Translations under genes and position numbers: made by a program | Notes under the pieces: model-generated | What the model saw: only the letters and a program-made list of their open reading frames with translations | Told to the model about the DNA's origin: nothing | Database searches by the model: none | From: Euglena gracilis | Lineage: Eukaryota | Direction of reading: 5' to 3' | DNA: 35,598 nucleotides | Assembly: GCA_039621445.1 (NCBI GenBank) | Contig: CP154954.1 | Location: 28,237,037-28,272,634, forward strand | Shown: positions 10,447-20,820 of the stretch, in pieces | How the letters are laid out: the number at the start of each line of letters is the position of its first letter | Position numbering within the stretch: position 1 is the first letter of the stretch

Positions 10447-10744
10447 TGAGAGCGCGGGCCAGATTTGAGATTTATTTTGGTAAGAGATGCCAGCAGAAAT
10501 TAGGCATTGCCTCACAGAGATTTTGGGGAATTACATTTTTCACAGGCAAGCTGGCAAACAGTGTACAAGTTTGCGTGGGACTCTGAACTGGATTCAAAGT
10601 ATCAATTCTTGTCTTCTGGGGTGCTGTGTAGGGAAGTTTGGGAAGAAGACCCCTGAAGGCTGAAAAGTTGGAATTGGCCAGAAGTCTGATGTGGTGAAAT
10701 TATCTGGACACACTGGACCATCCCCCAACTTGCACCAACTTGCA
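10447..10744 (+). repeat. 3' LTR
   Basis: TGAGAGCGCG...AACTTGCA, a direct repeat of 9071-9368. Confidence 0.95.
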
Positions 10745-11558
10745 GGGTGATTTTGGAACACATGGGGGTGCCCCCCCCCCGAAGCCACCACAGACCAAGT
10801 GGCTGACGCTTTAATTCAATTATTCCAATTTTCCAAGGCCCAAGCCCGTAATGCCTACAGTGCTATGCTTTTGATTCCTGGGTTTGGTGGGCTGACATTC
10901 CACACTCTGTTAATCCCCTACCAGAGGCTATGGAACCAAAACCTGGAGAAGTATGGGGCATTTTGGGACCCCCTCCCAATCCTCCTGGTGCTAGCAAAGG
11001 CGCCCATGCCCACTGATATTTGTACATTGCGTACACAACTGATTTTTTGCTCACGAATCCTCTGTTTATACCGATCCTCAGACTTATCGCAAGTCAAACG
11101 AACCACCAGTGTGTTGGGTAGGGCACCCTACATCAAGATTAAGCGTAAAGGACAGAAATTCCATAAGTGGGAAAGGGTTGTGTCCATTCCGCAATGTCCC
11201 CAAATAAGCCCCTTTCATTTAATGATGAGTTATGTGGCTTCCACACGTTTATTTGTCAGACCTGGGGGCCCCCTCCAGATTTCATTAAAACCCCCCTTCA
11301 GGGCCATGAGTGCTGACACCATTGCTTCCATCACAAAAGACTTTTTGGCCAAACATGGGGTACCCCCCCAGGTGTGGGGGGCCCACTCCACCAGAGGGGC
11401 AGGGGTTGGTTTACTCAAAAAATAGGGCCTTTCTGCCCAAGAAGTTTTTGAAATTGGTCAGTGGAGGGGGGTGGAGGCTTTTACAGCCCACTATCAACGA
11501 CTTGGTGCCCAAGGTGCCCTGGAAAATGCCCTGGCCCCCCTAATTTCAGTGCACAATC

Positions 11559-11665
11559 TGGCCTCACAAGGGCAAAGTGCGGAGCCCGAGGTGTCTCGAA
11601 CTCCCTCGAGGAAAACCGACAAGGGAGCAAGGGACACCGAGGGCGAAGCACAAAGACCTTGTGAG
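11559..11665 (+). repeat. DIRS internal complementary region (ICR)
   Basis: 11559-11595 is complementary to the left end 5732-5768. 11595-11665 is complementary, with a few mismatches, to the right end 11888-11958. Confidence 0.95.
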
Positions 11666-11815
11666 CCCGACCCCCCCACCCGTAAAAGAAAATTTGTGTT
11701 CAAAAGCCCTCGGTCAGAGAGTGGGGGCCGGGGCGGAGAGGGGGGGGACACCCCCCAGGGGCAAGAAGTCACGTCGCCCAGTCGGAGCAGCATCGTCAGC
11801 CAAGTCCGGCGAGGC

Positions 11816-11958
11816 GGCACTAAGCGGGACCTCCTAACCCAGCGCAACGAGCAATCCAAACAGCACCGCCGGCGAGCAAGGCATGGCCTCACATGGTCTT
11901 TGTGCTTCGCCCTCGGTGTCCATTCCTCCCTTGTCGGTTTTCCTCGAGGGAGTACGAG
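11816..11958 (+). repeat. DIRS right ITR (11816-11893) plus right extension (11894-11958)
   Basis: Inverted match to 5759-5836; the extension matches the ICR. Confidence 0.95.
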
Positions 11959-12470
11959 TGTGCCCGGCTGTTTTGCTTGTTCCCTTTACCCAAATAATTT
12001 TTGACATCACGAGCAGTCCAAAGCACCCCTCCCTGCAACTCCGAGGTCTCCCCCCCAACCTGATGTGCCAGCAAAGGTATGACGGCTCGGTGAAATGAAG
12101 GTGGACCCCGCCTGGCGGGCTGGCGACGACCGGGCGCGGCTGCTGAGCTCTGATCTTTGGAAGGAAAAGCAGTCTTACTGCCGCGGGTGGGCAAGGAGAT
12201 TTTCCCCCCCAAACCCACTGATAAAAAACTGTGCAGTGAAGCCGATGGCGTCGGAAATTGTTGGCCAATGTTTTTCCTGCACATTCCTACATTCCTGTGG
12301 CTCATTTCCTTCACAAAGCCGATTTCCCTTGAATTACAGGGGAACCAACCGCCCCTGGGGTCTGTGGAACCCATTTTTGCACAAAGTCGGCGGGCAGGAA
12401 CATTTTGCCACGTTTGCACACCCCAGGATTCCAAAATGATGTCGATGCAGAACATAAAACCAAAAGTTCC
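11959..12470 (-). pseudogene. Old DIRS pol relic, 5' piece (RT), contiguous with 5160-5731 before the insertion
   Basis: Minus frames read MCRKNIGQQF (cf. DCREINQQF), IPLLAHQVGGETSELQ (cf. RPFLRHQVGGQTWEFQ) and EGCFGLLVMSKI (cf. TGCFGLNVMPQI). Joining across the DIRS restores GTQVCIYAD (cf. GIQVFIYLDD). Confidence 0.85.
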
Positions 12471-12629
12471 AAATCGCCACAAGAGAGCGCTCAGATGTCA
12501 GCAACAAACTCACCCAAACGCTTTCGGAACTGTGCCACGCGCTCGGGGCTATCGGAGTGGCTGAGTTTGGCTTTGATGTCGGGGTGGTTCGGAGTTGGTT
12601 GAGGGATTGGTCTTTGACGGTGGTCAGCT

Positions 12630-15600
12630 TCACACGTGAAGCCCCAGACGATGAAGAAATTCCCATCCCTCAGTTATCAAACCGCTGGATCTCAAGAATT
12701 CTTGGCACTCAATGAAAATATACAGGAAAATGGGCAAAGAAATCTGGCATTCTTCGGTGAGAACAGGTCGACATCAGAGAAAAAAACTGATTCTTGTCAT
12801 CCTTGGACCATCGCCCATCCACCCAAATCATAAAAGTGTGTTTTTTGGACTTTTCAATTTTGGACCCCGTTTAAGTCCCAGTCCGGCCCTTGGTCGGCCC
12901 TTTGGCCGAAAGGGGGGCGGTCCTTAAGAAAATAAAAAAAAAACTTTCCTGTCCCTTAAGGACCGCCCTGCCGGGAACCCCACCAAAAAGATGAAAATCT
13001 TTCCAAAACCAACTCTAAATAATAAAAAAAACCCTGCAAATTGACCACCGGCTCTGCATCCAGGTTCGCAAAGCGCTTCATGTGGGCAATGACTTCACAT
13101 GCCCTCCGCCAGTCACCAGTGCGGTGGCAAATCTCCCAGGCCAGGTCAAAGGTGGCCCCCGACGGCTCAAGTCCGGAGTTCACGAACTCTTCCCACACCT
13201 GCCACCCGTCAAACAACCACCACCATTCCATCGAATTGTCCAAAAAAAACGCCGACTACATCGCTGGCTGCACTCAACAATGCCAACAATTCATTGCCAT
13301 TGTTGCAAACGAAACAGCAAGCCAATCTTTCCAAACACAGATCCGGCCACAACACTCAAAAAAAAGAATAGGAAACGATGGTGTTTTGGGGGGAGAACTG
13401 TCCCAAAAATAACCCGTAGGGATATCATTTGGGGGGGGGGTGATTTAATCTGCCATGGGTTTCTGTAAAAATATGAATACCGTACACTCAGTCCAAAAGG
13501 TTTTAGGTTAAACTTTTTGAAAGAATGAGACCAACTAACAGCAACTATCTTTGAAATTTTTCAAAAGCGATATGCTTGGACGGTGCAGCTACACATTACA
13601 GGTGACAATGCAGCAACAAAATACGCCGTATCAACGGCCATAAAATGCACCAAAATCAGCACAGCGTGCAACATTGGCAGAAAACGCAAAACAAACGTCT
13701 CCATGGTCAAATTCTTTCTTCCAGGGAATCTTGATGGAGCGCAACAGGGTTGTTTAGAACTTGTTTGGAGGTCTGAAATACAAAGTCGCAGTTGAACATC
13801 AACAAATCACATCAAAGAAAATGCCATGCATTTGCATACCTGCAAAGCCTTGGTGTACTGCCCTGACGTCAGGCACACTGCCATAAGCCCATCGTATGTT
13901 CCTGCACTTGCCACTACTCCTTCTGCAAAAACGACAATACAATGAGAAGACCAACCAGACATCCAACAGATATTTCCGCTGGTGAACCAGGGAATTTCTT
14001 AAGGACCCCCCGGGGGGGTCCTGCCGGCCAGCTGGAAAAAGTGCTAGTTGGAAAAAGGGTATGGCTGGACCCCCCCTCCAGGGGGTGGGGGTCCAAGGAG
14101 GTGGTTCGAGCCCGCTGGGACCCAAAAAACAAGGAAAACAGTTCAAATCCAGCCGGGATGCATTTTTTCAGCTAAATTTTTGAGGTGAAAAAAAGTCCCA
14201 AATATGGCCATTTTTGCCATTTTTGACCCATTTGGTCCAGCCGGGCTTCGCCAGGCTGCGAAAACTTTATTACCACTCGACCTCCTGGGGGGGGGGGTCC
14301 GCAGCCCAGCTGGGAGGTGCTGGCTGGGAAAAAAGGTGCTAGCTAGCTGGACCCCCCCGGGGGGGTAGGGGGGGTCCAGCTTAAGCAAATCCCTGTGGTG
14401 AACACATAAGAAAACAAAAAAATCCTGAACAGAAACATCTTTTATCAGACATCAAGCAGACACATCTGTTAGAACCATAACTGCACACATTAACAACCCC
14501 CATTTCGTCAGACCAGATCCAAAAACAAGCACCTCTGTGAAAAAAATGCTTTTTTTTAATCACTTCAGGCAATTTACAAAACTGGTGGAAAAAAAATAAG
14601 GTGAACACAATGTTTTCTTGGTGAGCACATCAATCCTTGAAATGGCCTAAGTCGACATGTTTCCCCAAAAGTAAAAAAATTTGTTTGACCATGTTCCTTG
14701 GATTTCGCATTAAGTGTACTGGGATGAAAATTTTTTGTTTTGAGACCGCCCTTTTTGCATTCAGCAACAGAAGAATGTGGGCCGTGCTGGAAAGATGAAT
14801 AATTCTCTGTTGGACGGGGATTTGCCACATATCCGCAATTTTCCACAATTTCCTCAATTTCCTGGAAATTTCCAACTTTCCACATTTCCCAACGTTGGGA
14901 ACCCCGTCTTTTCAGAATTTCTCAGAACTTTTCAGAATCGAAACAGAACACCATTCATACAAGCGACCTTTATCCATCTCCTGTCTCAACAGGAACGCTG
15001 CTTCCCAATGATCTGGAACGAGGCTGATTGACTTGATCGCAACATTGGAGGCAGGCTGTGGCAACTGTATACCAGATGCATAAAAAAAGGTAGAAGCAAG
15101 ATCCTTGATGTACTGGTCGCCCATGGGGGGCCAAATAAATGAATGAATGACTGGCTTCAAGGAGGCAAATGGTTGGGGTTGCGAAAGTTAGGAGTGTCGT
15201 TGAGGACAGGGTTAGGGTTAGGGGTTGGCTGATGGGCAATGGTCCAAGAATGCCGGAAATAAATTTTAATTTAATTAAAATTGCTTTTCCCTGAAGTCGA
15301 TCCAATTTTGCCAAAATATGGCCATTTTTTGGTCGATTTTTCCTGTGCATTTTTCATTGGATGTGCAGGGAAGGGAAGTTTTTTTTTCTGTGAAGGACCG
15401 CCCTGGGGGATAGGGATAGGGTTGGGGTTCGGATTTATGCAAGGCCAAACTCTGGCCTAATTCTGGCAAAAACCAGGCCTAATACAGGTTGCCCCCCAAA
15501 AAACTGGACTGGATATTCTCATTAAAAGGGTTTTTATTCAGACCAGCGAACGATTCCATTTGAAGTGATTGTTTGTCTGAAGTCGCCTAACACCCATAAG

Positions 15601-17302
15601 AAAAAAGTTTTTTTCCTTTCCAGCACCAGCCCTTGCAGCCAACCAGATTGCCCTCTCTTTTTTCGAAATTTTTGGCCCATTTAAAGATTGTCCTCGGCTC
15701 AGCTTGATTCCAAATCAGTTACATTCCTAGGTGCATCAATTTTGCATTGATTGTACTGCCATGTGTCATTTTGGATGCAAGGCTCTGAGAAAAAGGGAAA
15801 GAATCTGTGTCAGAGCAGAAAAACATGTGTAACAGGTCCCATTAACTTAAAAATCTGTGGACGAGTCATTTTCTCAAAGTGTGGGTTTTGCAACTGACCT
15901 GCTGTGAAGAGAGCAGGGATGCCCGACCATACTGTGGCTGCTCGTGACATTCCACCCACAATGTCAATAATGGTATTGGTCAAGGTCACTTGTGTCTCTA
16001 GATGTGCAGCATAACCCGAAGATTTTGGGTCAACCTGTATTACCTGTATTGCCTCCTTTTGGTCCGACCCCAACCGTCGCAATGTGCGTTTTTTACTTTT
16101 TGATTTTGACCCCGTTCAAGCCCCAGTTCGGCCCTTGGCCGTCCCAAGGGCACAAGGGCGGTTCTTGAGAGGGGGTCCTTAAGAGAGGAAAAAACTTCCC
16201 GTCCCTTTTCGACCGCCCTGCCGATCCCCAGACAATGACCAGGGTTGCTGGGCTCTTTGGATGAAAAACAATTCGGGGTCATGATGGAGCACAATGAGGT
16301 CGTTGGACATTGCCAGAGCTCAGTGGGAGAAAAACATACCTTTCAGACGTACAACGAGGGTTCGAGCAGGCATTCTTTTTTAAAAGAGTCTTAAAAAACC
16401 TAAAAAACTGAAAAAATTTGCCAAAATGCTTTTAAAAACCTGAAAACCTGAAAACCCTAAAAAATTCGTTCTGCAAAGTTTTCGATGTGTGCGCAAAAAT
16501 GTGCGCAAAAAGAAATCTCGGGGGAAACTGCAGGGGAAAAGTTGATTTCTGGCATTGCTGGAACATGGTCTATCCACCCAAAAACTCAAAGCAATGGGTT
16601 TTTCAACTTTTTGACGTTCGACCTTGACCGACGTTGGTTCCATGCCCAGATGGCTCTTTCAATCTTTGACTGCCCTTGGAAAATAGACGCCCTAATTAAA
16701 TTAAATAACCCTAACATTAAAAAGTCTTAAAAAATATTAAAATTTTTGAAAATTTTCACCTGAAAAAATAATGATAACAATGCCTAGGTTCAACTCGAGA
16801 AAATTTAGGAAAATAAAACAGAACAACAAAGAAATTAATTAATTAATTAATTAATCAATAATTTAAAAGTTAGAAATTAAAAAAGTTAGATTCAGGCATT
16901 ATTTTGTGAAGGCGCCTGAAAAACCCTTAAAACCGTTCAAACCTCAAAATTCTTTTTGCCAACCCGCCTTAAAAACCCTTAAAAAAACTTAAAAAATTCG
17001 TCCTATAAAATTTTTCGAATTTCAAACAAAAACTTGGAACATCTCGGCAAAAACAAGCCATCTCTGGGGGAAAAAATGCTTTCTGGCATCAGTGTATATC
17101 CACTCAAAACTCAAAAAATAAGTTTTAAAACTTTTGATCTTCAACCTAGACGGACGTTGGTTCGATGCCCAGGTGGCTCTTTGACTGCCCGCCTTAAAAG
17201 TTCTTGAACTTTTCAAAGTGCCTTAAAAAACATTAAAAAACCATAAAAATTGCATTAAAACCCTGAAAAAAAATTGAGAATTTTCGCCTTAAAAAAAAAC
17301 TG

Positions 17303-17366
<64 letters not shown>

Positions 17367-19075
17367 GTAGAATTACACATTATTATTCTACCATTGATAC
17401 ACATAATATTATATTCATAAATCAAATTTATAAATAAAAATGCAAATAAAAAAATATGCATAATTATAAATATACAAAATTCAAATAAATAAGCACACAA
17501 TAAATCAGAAAATATGATATATATGTTGTACAAAATAAATAAGTAATAAAGCAAAATGTGTTATTTTTCGGGCCAGGTGCAGAGGCCCTGGAGCTTGCAT
17601 AGGGTGATGGGCTTTATTTAAAAGGTCCAGTGATACTTTAACTCCCGATCATATTTGAGATATGTTTTGAAAAAAAAATCAGAATCCTCACCTGAAAATG
17701 GCTGGAAAACGGTTCATTTGAAACATGCCAAAACTGGTGCAGATACCAACTTAAAATGGCCATAATTCGGGCAAGGTGTTCGGGCAAGGCATGGAGCTAC
17801 AGGAAAATAAAAATGTGGTTGGATGGGGCGTTCCAAAGACTCAGTTTTCGGTCAACAGATATTCACTTCGATTCTTTCGAAATCTTCTTTTGCCTTGGGG
17901 GATTGTTGTTTTGCATATGTGCAAAACGTGGAAAAGGTTGTATGTGTTGTTGTTCACGTGGAAACTGAAGCAATCTTTGCTGGGGAAAGGACTGAAAAAC
18001 ATCCACCATTGAATTCACTGTTTCCCGAATTCATTGCCGCGGTTGACCCGTTTTTGCCAAAACTTTTGCTGAAATGTATTTGAAAAAACCATTAAAAATA
18101 CATTCTGGCAGAATCACCTCTGACCAAACAAACATGAAGCTGCAAAATCTCGGCAAATACAAACCAACTCCAGGAAAACATTTTTTCTTCGCATTCTTGG
18201 AACATTGTCTGTCCATCTAAAGCTCGAAAAGATGTGTTATTCTGTTTGACTGTGGACAAAATGATGGAAAACAAAACAGGCAGCAAGCGACTCACTCCTT
18301 TTTTATCTTGAAACAATGAGGAAAACTTTTGTTCTTCGAGGAAATGACGGAAATATTCGACTACTGGCAAACATTTGGCACAATGGGCAGTCCTTGGACA
18401 ACAAAAAAAAATCTGTGTCAGCACATTTAAGGCAAAATCTACAGAAACAATGGCCAAACAAATGGCATATTTGGGCAGGAAGTGATTTCTGGTATCCTTG
18501 GACCATCGCCCATCCACTCAAAAGTTCAAAAATGCATTTTCCAGCTGTTTGATTTTCGACCCGGACCGGCTTTTGGCCGGCCCTCAGTCCTTGGTGGGAA
18601 AAAAACCTATCCCTTGAGCGCTGCCCTGGGCGGGAAAAGGGCCTGCTTTTTCAAACTGAATTTTTGAGGCTTTTTGAGGGATTTGGAAAAAGGTTTTAAA
18701 GTTTTTCTGCGCGTAAGAAAACAGAAAAGCACAGCAAGCCAGAGAAAAGAAAGATAACTGGGTTTTGTCCACCCCACCTCGACGACGACATTTTAGCCAA
18801 TGCCGGGTCAAAACCCTCCACACTCATTGGCATCAGAGGGATTCTGTGTGGTCGGAAACGGCGCACTTGTCTGGCGCTGGCAGCCTGGAGGAAGGAGATT
18901 GGAAGCAGCATCTGAAAAATAATTTCAGTGCTGCTCAAGCCATGCTCAATGCAGACATTAACATGGTATTCCTAGCGTGTAGTTTGCTACAGATCAGGGG
19001 CCCAAGCTTACCAGGTAGGGCTTGCAGGGGGTGGGATGGTACGTGGTGGTGTATCAAAACCCAACCTCTGGGTAT
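12630..19075 (-). CDS. Multi-exon host gene encoding a pentatricopeptide-repeat (PPR) protein; 5' end unresolved (probably 19.8-21.4 kb)
   Basis: Phase-consistent GT-AG exon chain: 19075-19012, 18911-18867, 18363-18296, 17796-17692, 16034-15899, 15784-15723, 15112-14968, 13922-13840, 13198-13033 and 12700-12630 (stop; weakest exon). The C-terminal part has ~35-aa PPR periodicity: SGIQLPQPASNVAIKSISLVPDHWEAAFLLRQEMDK / EGVVASAGTYDGLMAVCLTSGQYTKALQVWEEFVN / SGLEPSGATFDLAWEICHRTGDWRRACEVIAHMKR. Confidence 0.8.
12705..12970 (+). mobile_element. Family-A hAT-type MITE, 5'-degenerate copy
   Basis: Similar to 22541-22836; ends in CTTAAGGACCGCCCTG. Confidence 0.8.
13033..13198 (-). CDS. PPR gene exon (VWEEFVNSGLEPSGATF...VVNLQ)
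   Basis: CAG acceptor and a PPR motif. The donor position is less certain. Confidence 0.85.
13840..13922 (-). CDS. PPR gene exon (GVVASAGTYDGLMAVCLTSGQYTKALQ)
   Basis: tttttgcag acceptor and gtatgc donor; phases match both neighbouring exons. Confidence 0.88.
13988..14395. mobile_element. hAT-type MITE (408 bp) in a PPR intron
   Basis: TIRs CAGGGAATTTCTTAAG and CTTAAGCAAATCCCTG; perfect 8-bp TSD TGGTGAAC (13980-13987 and 14396-14403). Confidence 0.92.
14968..15112 (-). CDS. PPR gene exon (...SGIQLPQPASNVAIKSISLVPDHWEAAFLLRQEMDK)
   Basis: PPR-like helix pair and a phase-1 GT donor fitting the next exon. Several in-frame acceptors are possible. Confidence 0.75.
15228..15405 (-). mobile_element. 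Family-A MITE, 5' half
   Basis: The reverse complement begins CAGGGCGGTCCTT and matches 22541-22700. Flanked by TTAGGG-like repeats. Confidence 0.8.
16085..16220 (+). mobile_element. Family-A MITE, 3' half
   Basis: Matches 12835-12970; ends GACCGCCCTG. Confidence 0.75.
16367..16786 (+). mobile_element. AT-rich hAT-type MITE (family B), copy 1
   Basis: Ends CAGGCATT...AATGCCTA; flanks GGTTCGAG and GGTTCAAC (6/8 TSD match). Confidence 0.7.
16893..17369 (+). mobile_element. Family-B MITE, copy 2
   Basis: Starts CAGGCATT and is colinear with 16367-16786 (shared GACGTTGGTTC.ATGCCCAG.TGGCTCTTT). Confidence 0.7.
17303..17365. repeat. (AAT)~21 microsatellite
   Basis: Perfect trinucleotide run seen directly. 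Confidence 0.97.
17692..17796 (-). CDS. PPR gene exon (LHALPEHLARIMAILSWYLHQFWHVSNEPFSSHFQ)
   Basis: tttttattttcctgtag acceptor, gtgagg donor, 105 nt open, phase 0-0. Confidence 0.78.
18381..18628 (+). mobile_element. Family-A MITE, diverged copy
   Basis: GGGCAGTCCTT...GATTTCTGGTATCCTTGGACCATCGCCCATCCAC...CTGCCCTG. Confidence 0.72.
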
Positions 19076-19242
19076 CTGGCAGTGTCAGTTCAAAAGTGTT
19101 GCTGCATCCGTCCACTCCACCGGTGGCCATTGGAATTTCAGCTCATTTGCAGATGCGAGAGGGGCCCAAAACAAAATTCTTATGCCACAAGGATGCCAAA
19201 CATCGTTCCATCCCCAATGAACAGAGGAGGTGAAATGATATA

Positions 19243-19811
19243 CGGTGCGGACAAAAACTATGGGAGACTGAAGTTGGAAAACATGATGAAAAAAATGCTT
19301 CGAATTTTTGATTTTGAAAGCAAATAATGACAGTTATGAAAAAAATCATCAAACATTTGGTGGAAATGGTAGTAGCTTTTAGTTGCAATTAAGATTCTTG
19401 GGGCAAAAAGCCAACACTTAACTCCAAAACAAAATCGTTCAAAGTTCATGTTGAAATTTGACTTCCCTCGAGCTCCCCAAAAAGACGTAAACCCCGGCGG
19501 AGTCCTTGCTCCTGGCGAGGGGCCGAATAATTTGGCGGGGGGAGGGGCAAAAAAAATGGTTGCAGTAACTTGGCACCCCCTTTTTTAAGGCAAGTTCCTT
19601 TACGACGCTGAAAAAAAGGGCCCAAATAACCTGGCGGGGGGGGACAGGGCCAAAAGTTGGTTCCAATAACCTGGCACCCCACCAGGTTATTTGGGGGGGG
19701 GGGGTTAGGAAAGGTACACCAGAACCAACCAAAAACTACGAGAAAAGAAAATTCAGTGCACTTTAGGCGGTTTCACAAAATTTTTGTCTCCCGTAATTCT
19801 TGTCCGGACTG
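19243..19811. mobile_element. Tc1/mariner-type MITE (diverged)
   Basis: ~26-bp imperfect TIR CGGTGCGGACAAAAACTATGGGAGAC versus CAGTCCGGACAAGAATTACGGGAGAC (reverse complement of the right end); TA on the left flank. Confidence 0.72.
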
Positions 19812-20418
19812 GAGAATGCACCCCTGATGGGTCCCGACCAGGTGTAGGTTCACAAAGGCCACCTTTGACAGGACCATGACACCTTCAAAACAGCAGGTTC
19901 CGAATTATCTCGATATGGTCCCAAAGACACACCCGAACCCTTTCCAGAGGTGCATAAAACAAAATGGCCACCAAAATATGGTACCCTGAGGACCCCATTG
20001 TTTCCTGAAACGCCCTTTAGGGTTGTCATTTTGGGGGGTGAGCAAATCCTCCTGCCCTCTTGCCCAACGGACTTAAATACTCATGAAGATGCATTGTTTG
20101 ACGCACGTAGGATAAAACAGAGCATGATGAATACCTTAGATTGAAAGACAAAAACACAACGGGTTCTGGTGAGGGAAAAGGTGTCAGATGAGTGCAGATA
20201 ACCCTATGGGGCAACTGGGAGTGGAAAAGCAGTGGAGCAACCACCTGCAGGGGAGGGCAGCATCATACCTGTCTGGTGAGTGTGTCAGCCAATTGTCTGC
20301 AAAAGGACATTTAGAAAAAATCTGTGATGAAAGACAGGTGGGGAAAACCTCGTTCAAAGATGTGCCAGAATCAAGGCATACTACCAGCTGGGGATAAAGA
20401 TAAACCTCCGGGTATTCT

Positions 20419-20820
20419 TAGGGGCAGTTCTGGGCGGGAGAATGTTTCCCATCCCAACACATTCGACGAAAATGCACAAGAATGGAGTGGACATATTTTT
20501 GGCAAAAAAAGCAATATCCGTCAACGTCAAAATTTTTGTTTTTTTGCCATTCAACCCCTGGACCAGCCGTTGGCCAGCGGCCCAAGCAGGCCTTCGGTGC
20601 CGCCAAAGGAAATTTTGGCCGAAAAGTTGGTGCCCCTAGAAACAGCGACATGCCTGACGTGGGGTGGACCCCCGCCCACCAGGATGTGGAGAAGGGGGTG
20701 GTCGTCCCCCTCCCCACCCACCACCGATGGGGTTTCGGGGACTCCCGTCCAGCCCTGCCCAACGGTCCTCAAGGGGCAGTCCTCAAGGGGGAAAAAAAGC
20801 CCGTCCCTTGTGGACCGCCC
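20419..20820 (+). mobile_element. Family-A MITE, diverged, with a ~170-bp insertion (20587-20757)
   Basis: 5' and 3' parts match family A. The insert CAGGC...GCCCTG is flanked by CCCAAG and CCCAAC. Confidence 0.6.

Larger units (their letters stand above)
9071..10744 (+). mobile_element. Non-autonomous LTR retroelement (TRIM-like), 1674 bp
   Basis: TG...CA termini, 4-bp TSD GGGT (9067-9070 and 10745-10748), 298-bp LTRs with 5 differences, PPT before the 3' LTR. No recognisable coding interior. Confidence 0.95.
8930..11560 (+). pseudogene. DIRS tyrosine recombinase, split by the LTR insertion 9071-10744
   Basis: N-terminal part ...LKRYQSAFALLW (to 9070) rejoins VILEHMG..TTDQVADAL after the insert, with a C10 frameshift at 10771-10780. 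Catalytic pattern LYRSSD...KRK...HSTR...GQW...AHY. In-frame TAG at 11423-11425. The frame stays open through the ICR and right ITR. Confidence 0.92.
5732..11958 (+). mobile_element. Full-length DIRS1-like tyrosine-recombinase retrotransposon (inactivated)
   Basis: 78-bp inverted terminal repeats, left and right extensions, an ICR complementary to both ends, ORF1, RT-RNase H-MT and YR. No TSD. Confidence 0.96.

Noticed and set aside
9071-10744. Penelope-like pseudo-LTR structure, or split direct repeats of an Ngaro/PAT element
   Set aside because: TG/CA ends, a 4-bp TSD and a PPT identify a true LTR insertion; the host DIRS has ITR/ICR ends.
12480-12714. Plus-strand ORF (ERSDVSNKLTQTLSELCHALG...)
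   Set aside because: No start codon or recognisable motif; it overlaps the candidate last PPR exon on the opposite strand.
16239-16320. Additional PPR exon
   Set aside because: Candidate splice phases (0 to 1) do not fit the flanking phase-0 junction.
17255-17554. Poly-Tyr protein ORF
   Set aside because: It is a translation of the (AAT)n microsatellite and AT-rich flank.
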